Shown: positions 8,790-18,359 of the stretch, in pieces | How positions within the stretch are numbered: the first letter of the stretch is position 1 | Layout: every line of letters begins with the position of its first letter | NCBI GenBank assembly: GCA_964526735.1 | Contig: CAZGLO010000001.1 | Span: 6,214 to 70,213 of the forward strand | Origin: an uncultured Chloroflexaceae bacterium | GTDB lineage: Bacteria; Chloroflexota; Chloroflexia; Chloroflexales; Chloroflexaceae | Direction of reading: 5' to 3' | Length of the DNA stretch: 64,000 bases | Translations under genes and position numbers: made by a program | The notes under the pieces: generated by a model | What the model was told of the DNA's origin: nothing | The model's input: the letters and a program-made list of their open reading frames with translations, nothing else | The model's database searches: none

Positions 8790-9617
8790 ATGAGAAAAAA
8801 CGTTCTTTCATCGATAGTTATCCTGTTCTTGTTGAGCATCATAGCGGGAGGATATGCTTCGCAGCAACTTACGAGCACCACAGCCAACGCCGCCAATCAG
8901 CCTGACCAAGACCTGCCACCCCGCCCGACGGTACGGCCAACCGACCCGCCAACCGCCACGCCGCCCGATCCACCAACCAATACACCACCGCCTATTCCGC
9001 CAACTGACACGCCAACATCTAAGCCTGTAGATCCAACCGATACGCCAACACCCGATCCTGTAGAGCCGACCATCACTCCAACCACCACCCCAACCTCTTC
9101 AAACAATGGCGATGACGATGGCGGCGGGAGCGATGACGATGGCGGCGGGAGCGATGACAGCGATGACAAGGGCGGCGGAGGCGATGGAGGCGATGGGGGA
9201 GGGCTAGAACCCGATCCGGCTGTCGTCGCCCGGCAGAGCCTCTTGACCGCGAAGGTCGGCGAAAGCGTGATATATACGTTTGTAGCGATGAATATGGGAG
9301 AAGGCGCGGCGTATGACGTGAAAGTGGTTGTTCCTCTCCCCTCATTTGCGACGCTGGTTGAGGCGACGACGAGTTGGGGGACGGTGAATGCAATCGGCAA
9401 TACCACGCGGGTCGATATCGGGAACCTCTACCCAGACGACCGCGTGACCATCCAGGTTGTGGCGAAGGTCGCCTATCACACGCTCCCCGGCAAAGCCGAT
9501 GTGACAGCAACTATTATGGCTGAAGGTGGCGATATGGATAAGACAAACAATCGGGCTACCTCAGTGTTGTGGACGATGATCTCCTCCGGCTGGGGGATGG
9601 GAGGACGGGGCGGGTAG
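8790..9617 (+). CDS. Secreted protein with Pro/Thr linker, Gly/Asp-rich tract and DUF11-like (conserved repeat) domain
   Basis: Start re-picked at ATG 8790 (GAGGAAG 9 nt upstream), giving the signal-like MRKNVLSSIVILFLLSIIAGGYA. PPTATPPDPPTNTPPPIPPTDTPT linker and DDDGGGSDDDGGGSDD tract. The C-terminal segment VGESVIYTFVAMNMGEGAAYDVKVVVPLP resembles DUF11. Confidence 0.7.
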   Translation: MRKNVLSSIVILFLLSIIAGGYASQQLTSTTANAANQPDQDLPPRPTVRPTDPPTATPPDPPTNTPPPIPPTDTPTSKPVDPTDTPTPDPVEPTITPTTTPTSSNNGDDDGGGSDDDGGGSDDSDDKGGGGDGGDGGGLEPDPAVVARQSLLTAKVGESVIYTFVAMNMGEGAAYDVKVVVPLPSFATLVEATTSWGTVNAIGNTTRVDIGNLYPDDRVTIQVVAKVAYHTLPGKADVTATIMAEGGDMDKTNNRATSVLWTMISSGWGMGGRGG

Positions 9618-9653
9618 CTGCGCCACCTTCTTCCTGACTATACCTTCGAGTGA

Positions 9654-10853
9654 CTATTCCTCTCTCTCAAATGCGCGTAATAACGTCTGAACCGCGACGG
9701 TTGGCGGGAGGGTGCCATCCACCACCGCCTGCTCAACCTGCGGCAGGGTCTGCTTGACGTGGGGATGTTGATAGAACCACGTCCGCAAATGCTCCTCAAC
9801 CATCGCATAGACCCAATCGCGGGCTTGAGCGCGGCGGCGGGCGGTAAACACCCCCGACGCATTTGTCTGCTCGTGAAACTGCTCTACCACGCCCCACACA
9901 TCGGCAATATGCTCTCCCGTCAGCGCGGAACAGGTCAATGCTTGGGTCTGCCAGCCTTCGGTGGCGGGGGAGAGGTAGTGGAGGGCGCGTTCATACTCTT
10001 GGCGGGCGGCTTGGGCACGGATTTTGTTCTCGCCGTCGGCCTTGTTGATGACCACGGCGTCCGCAAGCTCCATAATCCCCTTCTTGATGCCTTGTAGTTC
10101 ATCACCCGCGCCGGTCAGCATCAGCAAGAGGAAAAAGTCCACCATAGAGCGCACGGTTATCTCGCTTTGCCCCACGCCCACCGTCTCAACCAAGATAACA
10201 TCATAGCCTGCCGCTTCGCAGAGGAGAATCGTCTCACGGCTTTTGCGCGCCACCCCGCCAAGCGTGCCGCCGGAGGGGGAGGGGCGAATGAACGCATTTG
10301 GCTCACGCGAGAGCCGTTCCATACGGGTTTTGTCGCCAAGAATGCTGCCGCGGGTGATGCTGCTACTTGGATCGACCGCCAACACCGCGACATGATGGCC
10401 TTGTTGGCAGAGGGAACAGCCCAACGCTTCAATAAAGCTGCTCTTGCCCACGCCCGGCACCCCCGTGATACCCACACGGATGGCATTGCCTGTCTCTGGC
10501 AAGAGCTGGCGCAACACTTCCTGCCCAACCTCAAGGTGAGCCGCGGCATTGCTCTCGATAAGCGTGATCGCGCGGGCAAAGACCGTACGATCACGGGCGC
10601 GCACACCTTCGACATACTCCTCGATAGAGAGCAGACGACGGCGTGTTCCCGCGCTTGCCGAAGGGCCAGAGTCGGGAGTGGGAGAGTCGGCGGGGGCGGG
10701 GGGAGAGGTGGATGGTTCCTCCGCCTTCCCCCGCACAATGCGTGTCGTGAATGCATCGCCGCCCTGCGCTGGCACCCATTCCGGGCGGCTGTGAGCATCT
10801 TGAGCATCTTGAGCATCTTGAGCGTTCTGGTCTTCTTCGTGGCCTGCTGTCAT
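9654..10853 (-). CDS. meaB: Methylmalonyl-CoA mutase-associated G3E GTPase MeaB/ArgK, with ~85-aa low-complexity N-terminal extension
   Basis: P-loop GITGVPGVGKSSFIEAL, LVETVGVGQSE and INKADG motifs. Sits directly downstream of the mutase large subunit. Confidence 0.9.
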   Translation of the reverse strand: MTAGHEEDQNAQDAQDAQDAHSRPEWVPAQGGDAFTTRIVRGKAEEPSTSPPAPADSPTPDSGPSASAGTRRRLLSIEEYVEGVRARDRTVFARAITLIESNAAAHLEVGQEVLRQLLPETGNAIRVGITGVPGVGKSSFIEALGCSLCQQGHHVAVLAVDPSSSITRGSILGDKTRMERLSREPNAFIRPSPSGGTLGGVARKSRETILLCEAAGYDVILVETVGVGQSEITVRSMVDFFLLLMLTGAGDELQGIKKGIMELADAVVINKADGENKIRAQAARQEYERALHYLSPATEGWQTQALTCSALTGEHIADVWGVVEQFHEQTNASGVFTARRRAQARDWVYAMVEEHLRTWFYQHPHVKQTLPQVEQAVVDGTLPPTVAVQTLLRAFEREE

Positions 10854-10870
10854 CAGAAGGGACTCCGTCG

Positions 10871-13057
10871 CTACACCAACTCAAGTCGTTGGTTCAGCTC
10901 TTCTAGGATGCGTTGCGCGGCGACGGGGATGACCGTGCCCGGGCCGAAGATAGCCGATGCGCCTTGCTCTCGCAGGAAATCGTAGTCTTGCGCCGGTATC
11001 CCCCCGCCGATCACGACTATGATATCCTCACGGCCAAGCGCCCGAAGCTCTTGCACCAACTGTGGCAAGAGGGTCTTGTGGCCTGCCGCCAGCGAACTCA
11101 TCCCAACCACGTGCACGTCATTCTCAACGGCTTGGCGGGCAGCCTCGGCTGGGGTCTGGAAGAGCGGCCCAATATCGACATCGAAGCCCATATCGGCAAA
11201 GGCGGTGGCAATGACCTTTGCGCCACGGTCGTGGCCATCTTGGCCCATCTTGGCGACCATGATACGGGGGCGACGGCCTTCGCGCTGCTCAAACTCATCT
11301 GCCATTGCGCGCACGCGGTCAATCGTCTGAATATCGGTGAACTCGCTGCTGTAGACGCCGGAAATCGACTGTATGACGGCTTGATGGCGGCCAAACACCT
11401 TCTCCATCGCAGCAGAAATTTCGCCCAAACTGGCCCGTGCCCGTGCCGCCTCAATCGACAGCTCAAGCAGGTTACCTTCGCCAGTCTCGGCGGCGTGTGT
11501 CAGAGCATTGAGTGCGGCCTCAACCTTGCTATCGTCGCGCTGCTCGCGCAGTTGTGCCAAACGACGCCGTTGGGCCTCAAGCACGGCGGTATTATCCACC
11601 TCAAGGATATCAAGCGGGTCTTCCTTATCGAGCCGGTAGCGGTTGACGCCCACCAACGTCTCCTTACCCGAGTCGATGTGCGCTTGACGGCGGGCGGATG
11701 CTTCCTCAATGCGCATCTTGGGTAAGCCCGTCTCAATCGCCTTCGTCATCCCGCCAAGCGACTGGACTTCCTGGATGTGGCTCCACGCACGGCGGGCGAG
11801 CATATCGGTCAGCGCCTCAACGTAGTAGGAGCCGCCCCACGGGTCAACCACACTGCAGATGTTCGTCTCATTTTGGAGCAGCAACTGCGTATTGCGGGCG
11901 ATGCGGGCGGAGAAGTCTGTTGGCAGGGCGATGGCCTCATCAAGGGCGTTGGTGTGCAGCGATTGCGTGTGGCCAAGAGCCGCCGCCATCGCCTCAACAC
12001 ACGTCCGTATGACGTTGTTGTAGGGGTCTTGCTCTTGGAGGCTCCAGCCCGATGTCTGCGAGTGGGTGCGCAACGACATAGAGCGCTCATTTTTGGGGTT
12101 GAACTGCTTCATGAGCTTGGCCCACAACAGCCGTGCGGCGCGCATCTTGGCCACTTCCATAAAGTAGTTCATCCCAATCGCCCAAAAGAACGACAGCCGC
12201 GGCGCAAAGCTATCAATATCCATCCCCGCCTTGAGGCCGGTCTGGACATATTCAAGGCCGTCGGCCAGGGTGTAGCCAAGCTCAAGGTCTGCCGTCGCGC
12301 CCGCCTCCTGCATATGGTAGCCGGAGATGCTGATGCTGTTGAAGCGCGGCATATGCTTGGAGGTGTAGGCAAAGATATCGGCAATGATGCGGATAGATGG
12401 CTCTGGCGGGTAGATGTAGGTGTTCCGCACCATATATTCTTTGAGGATGTCGTTTTGGATGGTGCCGGTCAGTTGCTTCTGATCAACGCCCTGCTCCTCC
12501 GCCGCGACGATGTAGAAGGCCATCACGGGCAAGACCGCGCCATTCATCGTCATAGAGACCGACATCTCATCCAGCGGGATGCCATCAAACAGGATCTTCA
12601 TATCGAGGATCGAGTCGACCGCCACGCCTGCCTTGCCCACATCGCCCAGCACGCGTTCGTGGTCGGAGTCATAGCCGCGGTGGGTGGCGAGGTCAAAGGC
12701 AATCGACAAGCCTTTCTGCCCCGCGGCGAGGTTGCGCCGGTAGAATGCATTGCTCTCTTCGGCGGTGGAAAAACCCGCATATTGCCGGATAGTCCACGGG
12801 CGAGAGACGTACATGGTGGGGTAGGGGCCGCGTAGGAAAGGCGCTATCCCCGATACAAAGCCCAAATGCTCAAGGTGTTGGGTTTCTTCTTTGGTGTAGA
12901 AGGGCCGCACGGCAATTTGCTCGACCGTCTGCCAGAGATAGTCGTCAAGCGAGCGACCAGTCTCGCGCTCGACCGCCACGCGCCATTCTTCATAGGAGAG
13001 TCGCGGCTGCTCAGCCGAAAACTCCATAGTAGTAAAATCTGGTGTTGTAGGAGTCAT
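10871..13057 (-). CDS. mutB: Methylmalonyl-CoA mutase large (alpha, catalytic, B12-binding) subunit
   Basis: 728-aa ORF. TIM-barrel region [10 protein letters not shown]-like ([23 protein letters not shown]) and C-terminal B12 domain with [13 protein letters not shown] (DxHxxG). Confidence 0.95.
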   Translation of the reverse strand: MTPTTPDFTTMEFSAEQPRLSYEEWRVAVERETGRSLDDYLWQTVEQIAVRPFYTKEETQHLEHLGFVSGIAPFLRGPYPTMYVSRPWTIRQYAGFSTAEESNAFYRRNLAAGQKGLSIAFDLATHRGYDSDHERVLGDVGKAGVAVDSILDMKILFDGIPLDEMSVSMTMNGAVLPVMAFYIVAAEEQGVDQKQLTGTIQNDILKEYMVRNTYIYPPEPSIRIIADIFAYTSKHMPRFNSISISGYHMQEAGATADLELGYTLADGLEYVQTGLKAGMDIDSFAPRLSFFWAIGMNYFMEVAKMRAARLLWAKLMKQFNPKNERSMSLRTHSQTSGWSLQEQDPYNNVIRTCVEAMAAALGHTQSLHTNALDEAIALPTDFSARIARNTQLLLQNETNICSVVDPWGGSYYVEALTDMLARRAWSHIQEVQSLGGMTKAIETGLPKMRIEEASARRQAHIDSGKETLVGVNRYRLDKEDPLDILEVDNTAVLEAQRRRLAQLREQRDDSKVEAALNALTHAAETGEGNLLELSIEAARARASLGEISAAMEKVFGRHQAVIQSISGVYSSEFTDIQTIDRVRAMADEFEQREGRRPRIMVAKMGQDGHDRGAKVIATAFADMGFDVDIGPLFQTPAEAARQAVENDVHVVGMSSLAAGHKTLLPQLVQELRALGREDIIVVIGGGIPAQDYDFLREQGASAIFGPGTVIPVAAQRILEELNQRLELV

Positions 13058-13063
13058 AGCGAA

Positions 13064-15214
13064 TTACACCCCTATCCGTTTCTGAAGGGTTGCCAAGGTT
13101 TCGTAACAATTGGAGCGCAGGTGGATATATTCATCCACGCCCGCCGCCTTATGCGCTTCGATTTGGTCTTTGGGATAGCCCGCCAGCACCACAATCGCAT
13201 CGGGGTTCTGCTGCTTGAGAGCCGCCACCAATGGGGGCACGACATCGGGGTAGGTCTCATCCGTCGAGCAGATAGTGACGACAGGTGCTCCTGAGCGCAC
13301 CGCCGCGTCTGCTGCCTCTTCCGCGGTGGCAAAGCCATCGTTGGTGAGGACAGTAAACCCGCCCACCTCAAAGAAGCCGGTTGAGAAGTCGGCGCGGGGT
13401 TTGTGCTGCGGGATAGGGCCAATATTGGCCAGGAAGACCGTCGGACGTTTGCCTGTCCGCGCCTGATACTCTTCAGACGCCGCCCGCAACTGCTCAAATG
13501 GCTCGGTGCCGCGACGTAGGGTGATTGGCTGCAGCGTGTGGAACGGCCCAAGATCACTCGTTCGTAGGGTGGCCTTCAGTTGCCCAAGTGTCGCTCCGGC
13601 AAGCGCGGCCTTGATCGCCACGCCGACCGGCTGTGCGCTCTGCTCGCCGCGGCATTGGGTCAGCTCATTGAGTGCGCTGGTGACAATGCGCTGGTCAACC
13701 GACGATTGTGCCACGGTAAACGCATTGATACGCTGCTCATAGCGGGAATGGGTGGCGTCGGCAATATCGGCGGCACGGGGTGGCTTGGGCCGATTTTCTT
13801 GGCCGTTGGCGTAGATGTTCGTGCCGATGAATTGGTCACGGCGGTGGGCGATGTTCATAGCGCGTTGCGCAGCCACGTCCGCAATCGACTGTTGGGGGTA
13901 TCCTTCCTCAAGCGCGGCCAACATCCCGCCCCGGCGCTCCACTTCCTGAAAGACTTCCCACGCCTTTTTGGCGATGGCGTCGGTGAGATATTCAACATAC
14001 CACGATCCGCCTGCCGGATCGACAATCTTGGTCAGATGGCACTCATCTTGCAGGATGATGTGCGTATTTCGCGCAATACGACGAGAAAAATCACTCGGCT
14101 CTTGGAATGTCTCATCAAAGCAGCCAACGTGCATGCTATTGCAGCCCCCCGCCACCGCGGCAAACGACTCGGTCGTGGTGCGCAACATGTTTACGTATGG
14201 GTCGTAGATCGTCTTGTTCCACTGCGAGGTGCGGGCGTGGATGACCATCTTCTGGGCCTCTGCATCGCCCCCAAACGCCTCTACCACCTTCGCCCATATC
14301 AGGCGGGCAGCCCGCAGCTTCGCCACCTCCATAAAGAAGTTCGATCCGATGGAGAAATAAAATCGCATGGAAGTTGCGGTATCATGGAGAGAGATGCCTC
14401 GCTCTTGCATCGCCCGGATGTATGCAACTCCCGTAGCGATGGCAAACCCAAGCTCTTGAACCGAACTCCCGCCGCCGTTGTGGTAGGGATGACCTTGGAC
14501 AGCGATGGTGTGCATATTGGGAGCATTCGCGCGCACCCACTGCGTGAGTTGAGCCATGCCGTCGTAGCTATCGCTGATGGGGTGGGCCAAATTGCCCGCC
14601 TCCGCCAATGTCCCAAGCGGGTCACAAGCGAAGCCCCCTCGCAGCGTAGATAGGTTCCCCTGCTGCTGATGGGCGTGGGCGAGGAAGAGGGCCGCAATAG
14701 GCAGGCTACATGCACCAACCTTGAACGTACACGGCACATCGGCGATGGAAATGCCCTCAAAGAGCTGTGCGACATCGCGCAGGGTCGAGATTGACACCCC
14801 ACCCTGCCCCATCGCATCCGGCTTGGCATCAACGACGTTCGTCCCCTGGCGAGTCGGAGCATCGCAAACCACCAATAGTGCCGTCTGCCCACGTTCAAGA
14901 TCAGCACGTGCAGCGCGGTTCCAGTCGGTGGGGATGGCATAGGGGATTTCTTGGCAGATATCCCAAGGTTGTTCACGATAGCCGAGCGGGTGAATGCCGC
15001 GAACGTAGGGAGGGAAGCCGGGGAGCGTTTGGCAGTGAGTAAGGTGTTCGATGTCTTCGCGGCGGTAGAGTGGTTGAATATCTATGGTCTCGTACGTCTT
15101 GCTGAGGAGCTTTTTCTCAAATGATGCTCCTTTGAGCGACTGCTCTGCAACATGACGCCATTCTTCGTAGGTCGGGTACGCAAATTCTGGAAATAACCGA
15201 TCCGTTTCTGGCAT
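13064..15214 (-). CDS. mutA: Methylmalonyl-CoA mutase small (beta) subunit
   Basis: Homologous in layout to the alpha subunit, but the C-terminal Rossmann domain lacks the DxHxxG His. Start re-picked at ATG 15214 (MPETDRLFPEF..., AAGGAG 6 nt upstream); the 54 upstream codons of the maximal ORF look non-coding. Confidence 0.85.
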   Translation of the reverse strand: MPETDRLFPEFAYPTYEEWRHVAEQSLKGASFEKKLLSKTYETIDIQPLYRREDIEHLTHCQTLPGFPPYVRGIHPLGYREQPWDICQEIPYAIPTDWNRAARADLERGQTALLVVCDAPTRQGTNVVDAKPDAMGQGGVSISTLRDVAQLFEGISIADVPCTFKVGACSLPIAALFLAHAHQQQGNLSTLRGGFACDPLGTLAEAGNLAHPISDSYDGMAQLTQWVRANAPNMHTIAVQGHPYHNGGGSSVQELGFAIATGVAYIRAMQERGISLHDTATSMRFYFSIGSNFFMEVAKLRAARLIWAKVVEAFGGDAEAQKMVIHARTSQWNKTIYDPYVNMLRTTTESFAAVAGGCNSMHVGCFDETFQEPSDFSRRIARNTHIILQDECHLTKIVDPAGGSWYVEYLTDAIAKKAWEVFQEVERRGGMLAALEEGYPQQSIADVAAQRAMNIAHRRDQFIGTNIYANGQENRPKPPRAADIADATHSRYEQRINAFTVAQSSVDQRIVTSALNELTQCRGEQSAQPVGVAIKAALAGATLGQLKATLRTSDLGPFHTLQPITLRRGTEPFEQLRAASEEYQARTGKRPTVFLANIGPIPQHKPRADFSTGFFEVGGFTVLTNDGFATAEEAADAAVRSGAPVVTICSTDETYPDVVPPLVAALKQQNPDAIVVLAGYPKDQIEAHKAAGVDEYIHLRSNCYETLATLQKRIGV

Positions 15215-15366
15215 AAAAAACTCCTTTGTTTTAGCTGTACCGTGGAAGGATAATAGCATACCCACTATCGCAGTGCAAGGAATCAGGCAGAAGCCCGCAG
15301 AAACCCGCAGAAGCCCATGGTACAATTGGAAGACGCCAACTAGGCAATGCGATAGTGTTGGAAACC

Positions 15367-16812
15367 ATGACCACATCTACCCTCATCGAAGTAGACATTG
15401 ATGGAATAGCGCAGGGTGGTGATGGAGTAGGGCGATATGAAGGGCGCGTCGTCTTTGCGACCGGGGCACTCCCCGGCGAGCGTGTTCGCGTCCGCTTAGA
15501 GTCCGAAAAGCCATCCTACCTACGAGGGAGCGCGGTGGAGATACTCCATCCCGCCCCCGAACGCGTCTCACCCACGTTCCCATCAGCAAGCCATATGAGT
15601 TGGCAGCATATTCGCTATGATGCCCAGCTCCGGTTCAAGCATGCGATTGTCCGCGATCAGCTGCACAAGTTTCTCCGACCAGTGGTAGGAGGAGGCGAAG
15701 CGGCCAAAGTAGCCGACTCGGCCCCAGAAGCAAAGAACGCTGTGCAGCACCATCCGCTCGATCAGCTTGATATCCGCGACCCAATTCCCGCCCATTCTCC
15801 GTGGGGCTATCGAAACACGATCCACTTGCGTCACGACCCGCAAACCGGGTATATTGGCTATTACGCGGTGCAATCTCGGCGTGTGGTTGATCTCCCCTTC
15901 GATCCGCTTGCCCTTCCGGCTATCAATGAAGCACTGGCTGGATTGCGTACGGTGCTTTCGTCTCAATCGCCCAATGATTGTTCTCTGACGCATATCACCA
16001 TACGAGCCAGTGCGACCTACGGCTACGTCATTGGTTCGCTCAGCGGTGCCAACCTCGCAGATGTGCGCTCTATAGCACACCAGTGGCGTGCACATTGCCC
16101 GGCTCTTGCCGGGTGTATGGTGACGGAAGAGAGCGAGAGCGGTGGCGAGGTGGGCGGGGAGAGCAGAAAGAGGAAAGGGATCAGGGAGAGCATGACAACT
16201 GATGAAAACAGCGTTTTGCTCCACGAACAGCTAGAGGAGGTAACATTTTCTATTTCGCCAGAGAGCTTTTTTCAAGTACACACCGCGCAGGCCGAGAGCA
16301 TGCTACAGGTAGTTCGTTCGTTGTTGGCGTTGCACCCTCACGAGCGGCTCCTCGATCTCTACAGCGGGGTGGGGACGTTTGCCCTCCCGTTGGCACGTGA
16401 CGTGGCAGAAGTTGTCGCCGTCGAATCGCATCCGCGCGCGGTGGAAGATGGCCGTCGAAGCCAAACACTCAACGCCATTCCCAATGTCACCTTTCACCAC
16501 GCCCCGGCTGAGCAGGCAATGTCTTTCCTGGCAAAGGAGAGGCACACGCCCCCCTCCTATGCGGCTGCCATCCTTGACCCACCCCGACGTGGATGTCATC
16601 CAGCAGTCTTGCAGACAATGATCGAGCTGGCTGTGCCTCGGTTGCTCTATATTTCGTGTCATCCGGGGGTGCTTGCCCGCGATCTCGACATCCTCTGCGC
16701 TGGAGGGTATCGCCCCGTCACTATTCAACCAATCGATATGTTCCCGCAGACTCCCCATATTGAGTCTGTGGTACTGTTGTGCCGATACAAATTGGTCGCC
16801 ATTCCCATGTAG
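15367..16812 (+). CDS. TRAM-domain 23S rRNA (uracil-C5)-methyltransferase, RumA/RlmD family
   Basis: N-terminal TRAM-like GIAQGGDGVGRYEGRVVFATGALPGERVRVRL. SAM motif LLDLYSGVGTFALPLA, ILDPPRRGC and a C-terminal YISCHP nucleophile motif. Start is ATG 15367 or GTG 15355. Confidence 0.85.
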   Translation: MTTSTLIEVDIDGIAQGGDGVGRYEGRVVFATGALPGERVRVRLESEKPSYLRGSAVEILHPAPERVSPTFPSASHMSWQHIRYDAQLRFKHAIVRDQLHKFLRPVVGGGEAAKVADSAPEAKNAVQHHPLDQLDIRDPIPAHSPWGYRNTIHLRHDPQTGYIGYYAVQSRRVVDLPFDPLALPAINEALAGLRTVLSSQSPNDCSLTHITIRASATYGYVIGSLSGANLADVRSIAHQWRAHCPALAGCMVTEESESGGEVGGESRKRKGIRESMTTDENSVLLHEQLEEVTFSISPESFFQVHTAQAESMLQVVRSLLALHPHERLLDLYSGVGTFALPLARDVAEVVAVESHPRAVEDGRRSQTLNAIPNVTFHHAPAEQAMSFLAKERHTPPSYAAAILDPPRRGCHPAVLQTMIELAVPRLLYISCHPGVLARDLDILCAGGYRPVTIQPIDMFPQTPHIESVVLLCRYKLVAIPM

Positions 16813-16820
16813 GATGTGCT

Positions 16821-18356
16821 ATGAGGGCTGTTAATACGATACTCATCGTTGATGATGACAGAGGAACACGGGAGATCCTCCGGATATTGTTGCAATCGCC
16901 ACACTATCACCTCTCCTTCGCCAAAGATGGAGACGAAGCCCTAACCCTTGCCACACGCATCGTTCCCGATCTTATCTTATTAGATGTAATGATGCCTGGC
17001 ATGAGTGGGTTTGAGGTGTGTAGCAAGATACGAGCGACCCCGCTCCTCTCCGAAGTGCCGATTTTACTTATCACGGCGCTCAACGACTCCAATTCGCGTC
17101 TTCGCGGGCTGGAGCTTGGGGCCGACGATTTCATCACCAAACCGTTTGATTATGCCGAACTCCAAGCGCGAGTTCACACGATAACCAAACTCAACCGCTA
17201 CCGCCGATTGCTGACCCAACGCATTTGGTTTGAGTGGGTCGTCGATCAGTCAAATGATGGCTTTGTGATTGTTGATTGTCACGGGCACATTCTCTATCTC
17301 AATCGAAAGGCCCGTATCTACCTCAATATTTCGGCATGCAGTGGAGATCCCCCCATCTTGCCGCAGAACGAAACCTTTTTGCAAATTGCCCGACGATATT
17401 ATCATTGTGAGACAAAGGAGGCATGGGAAACATGGCACCATGATCTGAATGCAGAGACCGATTCATCCCCCTGCATCTCATCCACATCGCTTCCACGCTA
17501 TTTGGTTCGCCCTGAAACCAAACGCACACGTGAGCTATGGCTGCGGGTCGACCAGCTTGATATTCCCATGGGATCCCATGTAGAGCGGCTCATTCGGCTC
17601 AATGATGTCACCGAACAGATGACGAAAGAGCGTACCATCCGAACATTTCAGAAGCTCATCTCACACAAGCTCCGTTCTCCATTGGGGGCGCTGACCAATA
17701 GCATTCATCTGCTCACAGAGAACCGTGAACAACTCACCCCTGAGATGGCAAGAGAGTTTATTGAGATCGCCTCGCAAAGCATTGAACGATTGCGGTGTCA
17801 GGTAGATGATGTCTTGCTCTACCTCAAAACGCCCGACCTCGTGCAGCGCGAGCAGGGGTGTGAGCTTTCAGTCGTGAAGAAGCTGGTCACACAGATTTGC
17901 GAGGAATTGGAGGTCGTATCGTTAACAATCTTGTGCCCGGATGAACTCAACGGCTGTCGTTTGTATCTCTCGCAACAAGCGATCGAGCTGCTTCTCCGCG
18001 AAGTTATCGAAAATACCCGCAAGTTTCACCCGACTCAGTCGCCCTGTGTCGAAGTGTGTATCTCATGCCCCGAACAAGCCAAAGTCTCGTTGGTGGTGCG
18101 AGATGACGGGACAAGCCTCACACCGGAACAGATCACCGAAGCGTGGGTGCCCTACTATCAGGCAGAAAAGTACTTTAGTGGAGAAGTGCCGGGGATGGGG
18201 CTTGGGCTTGCGATGGTCGCGATGGTCTTGTGGAGTGTTGGAGGGTGTTATCATATCGCCAACCGCTACCCCGGCCCCGGAGTCGAGGTAGAACTCGTGG
18301 TGCCGCTAAAGCAGGAAGAACCCGATCAGAAACCCATTGTACTAAAGGCCGATTGA
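16821..18356 (+). CDS. Response-regulator receiver fused to a histidine kinase (REC-sensor-HisKA-HATPase)
   Basis: ILIVDDDRGTREIL..DLILLDVMMPGMSGFEV receiver, H-box ISHKLRSPLGAL, G-box GMGLGLAMV. ATG at 16821 follows the rumA stop. Confidence 0.85.
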   Translation: MRAVNTILIVDDDRGTREILRILLQSPHYHLSFAKDGDEALTLATRIVPDLILLDVMMPGMSGFEVCSKIRATPLLSEVPILLITALNDSNSRLRGLELGADDFITKPFDYAELQARVHTITKLNRYRRLLTQRIWFEWVVDQSNDGFVIVDCHGHILYLNRKARIYLNISACSGDPPILPQNETFLQIARRYYHCETKEAWETWHHDLNAETDSSPCISSTSLPRYLVRPETKRTRELWLRVDQLDIPMGSHVERLIRLNDVTEQMTKERTIRTFQKLISHKLRSPLGALTNSIHLLTENREQLTPEMAREFIEIASQSIERLRCQVDDVLLYLKTPDLVQREQGCELSVVKKLVTQICEELEVVSLTILCPDELNGCRLYLSQQAIELLLREVIENTRKFHPTQSPCVEVCISCPEQAKVSLVVRDDGTSLTPEQITEAWVPYYQAEKYFSGEVPGMGLGLAMVAMVLWSVGGCYHIANRYPGPGVEVELVVPLKQEEPDQKPIVLKAD

Positions 18357-18359
18357 GCT

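Noticed and set aside
11777-14653. Long plus-strand ORFs (11777..12835, 13580..14653, 10913..11725) inside the mutase operon
   Set aside because: They are antisense to unmistakable methylmalonyl-CoA mutase subunits. These are shadow ORFs.
15215-15366. Cobalamin riboswitch upstream of the mutase operon, or in 46033..46283 upstream of the B12-binding protein
   Set aside because: I looked for the conserved B12-box-like GCCACTG core and the surrounding paired regions and saw nothing convincing. The regions are also short.
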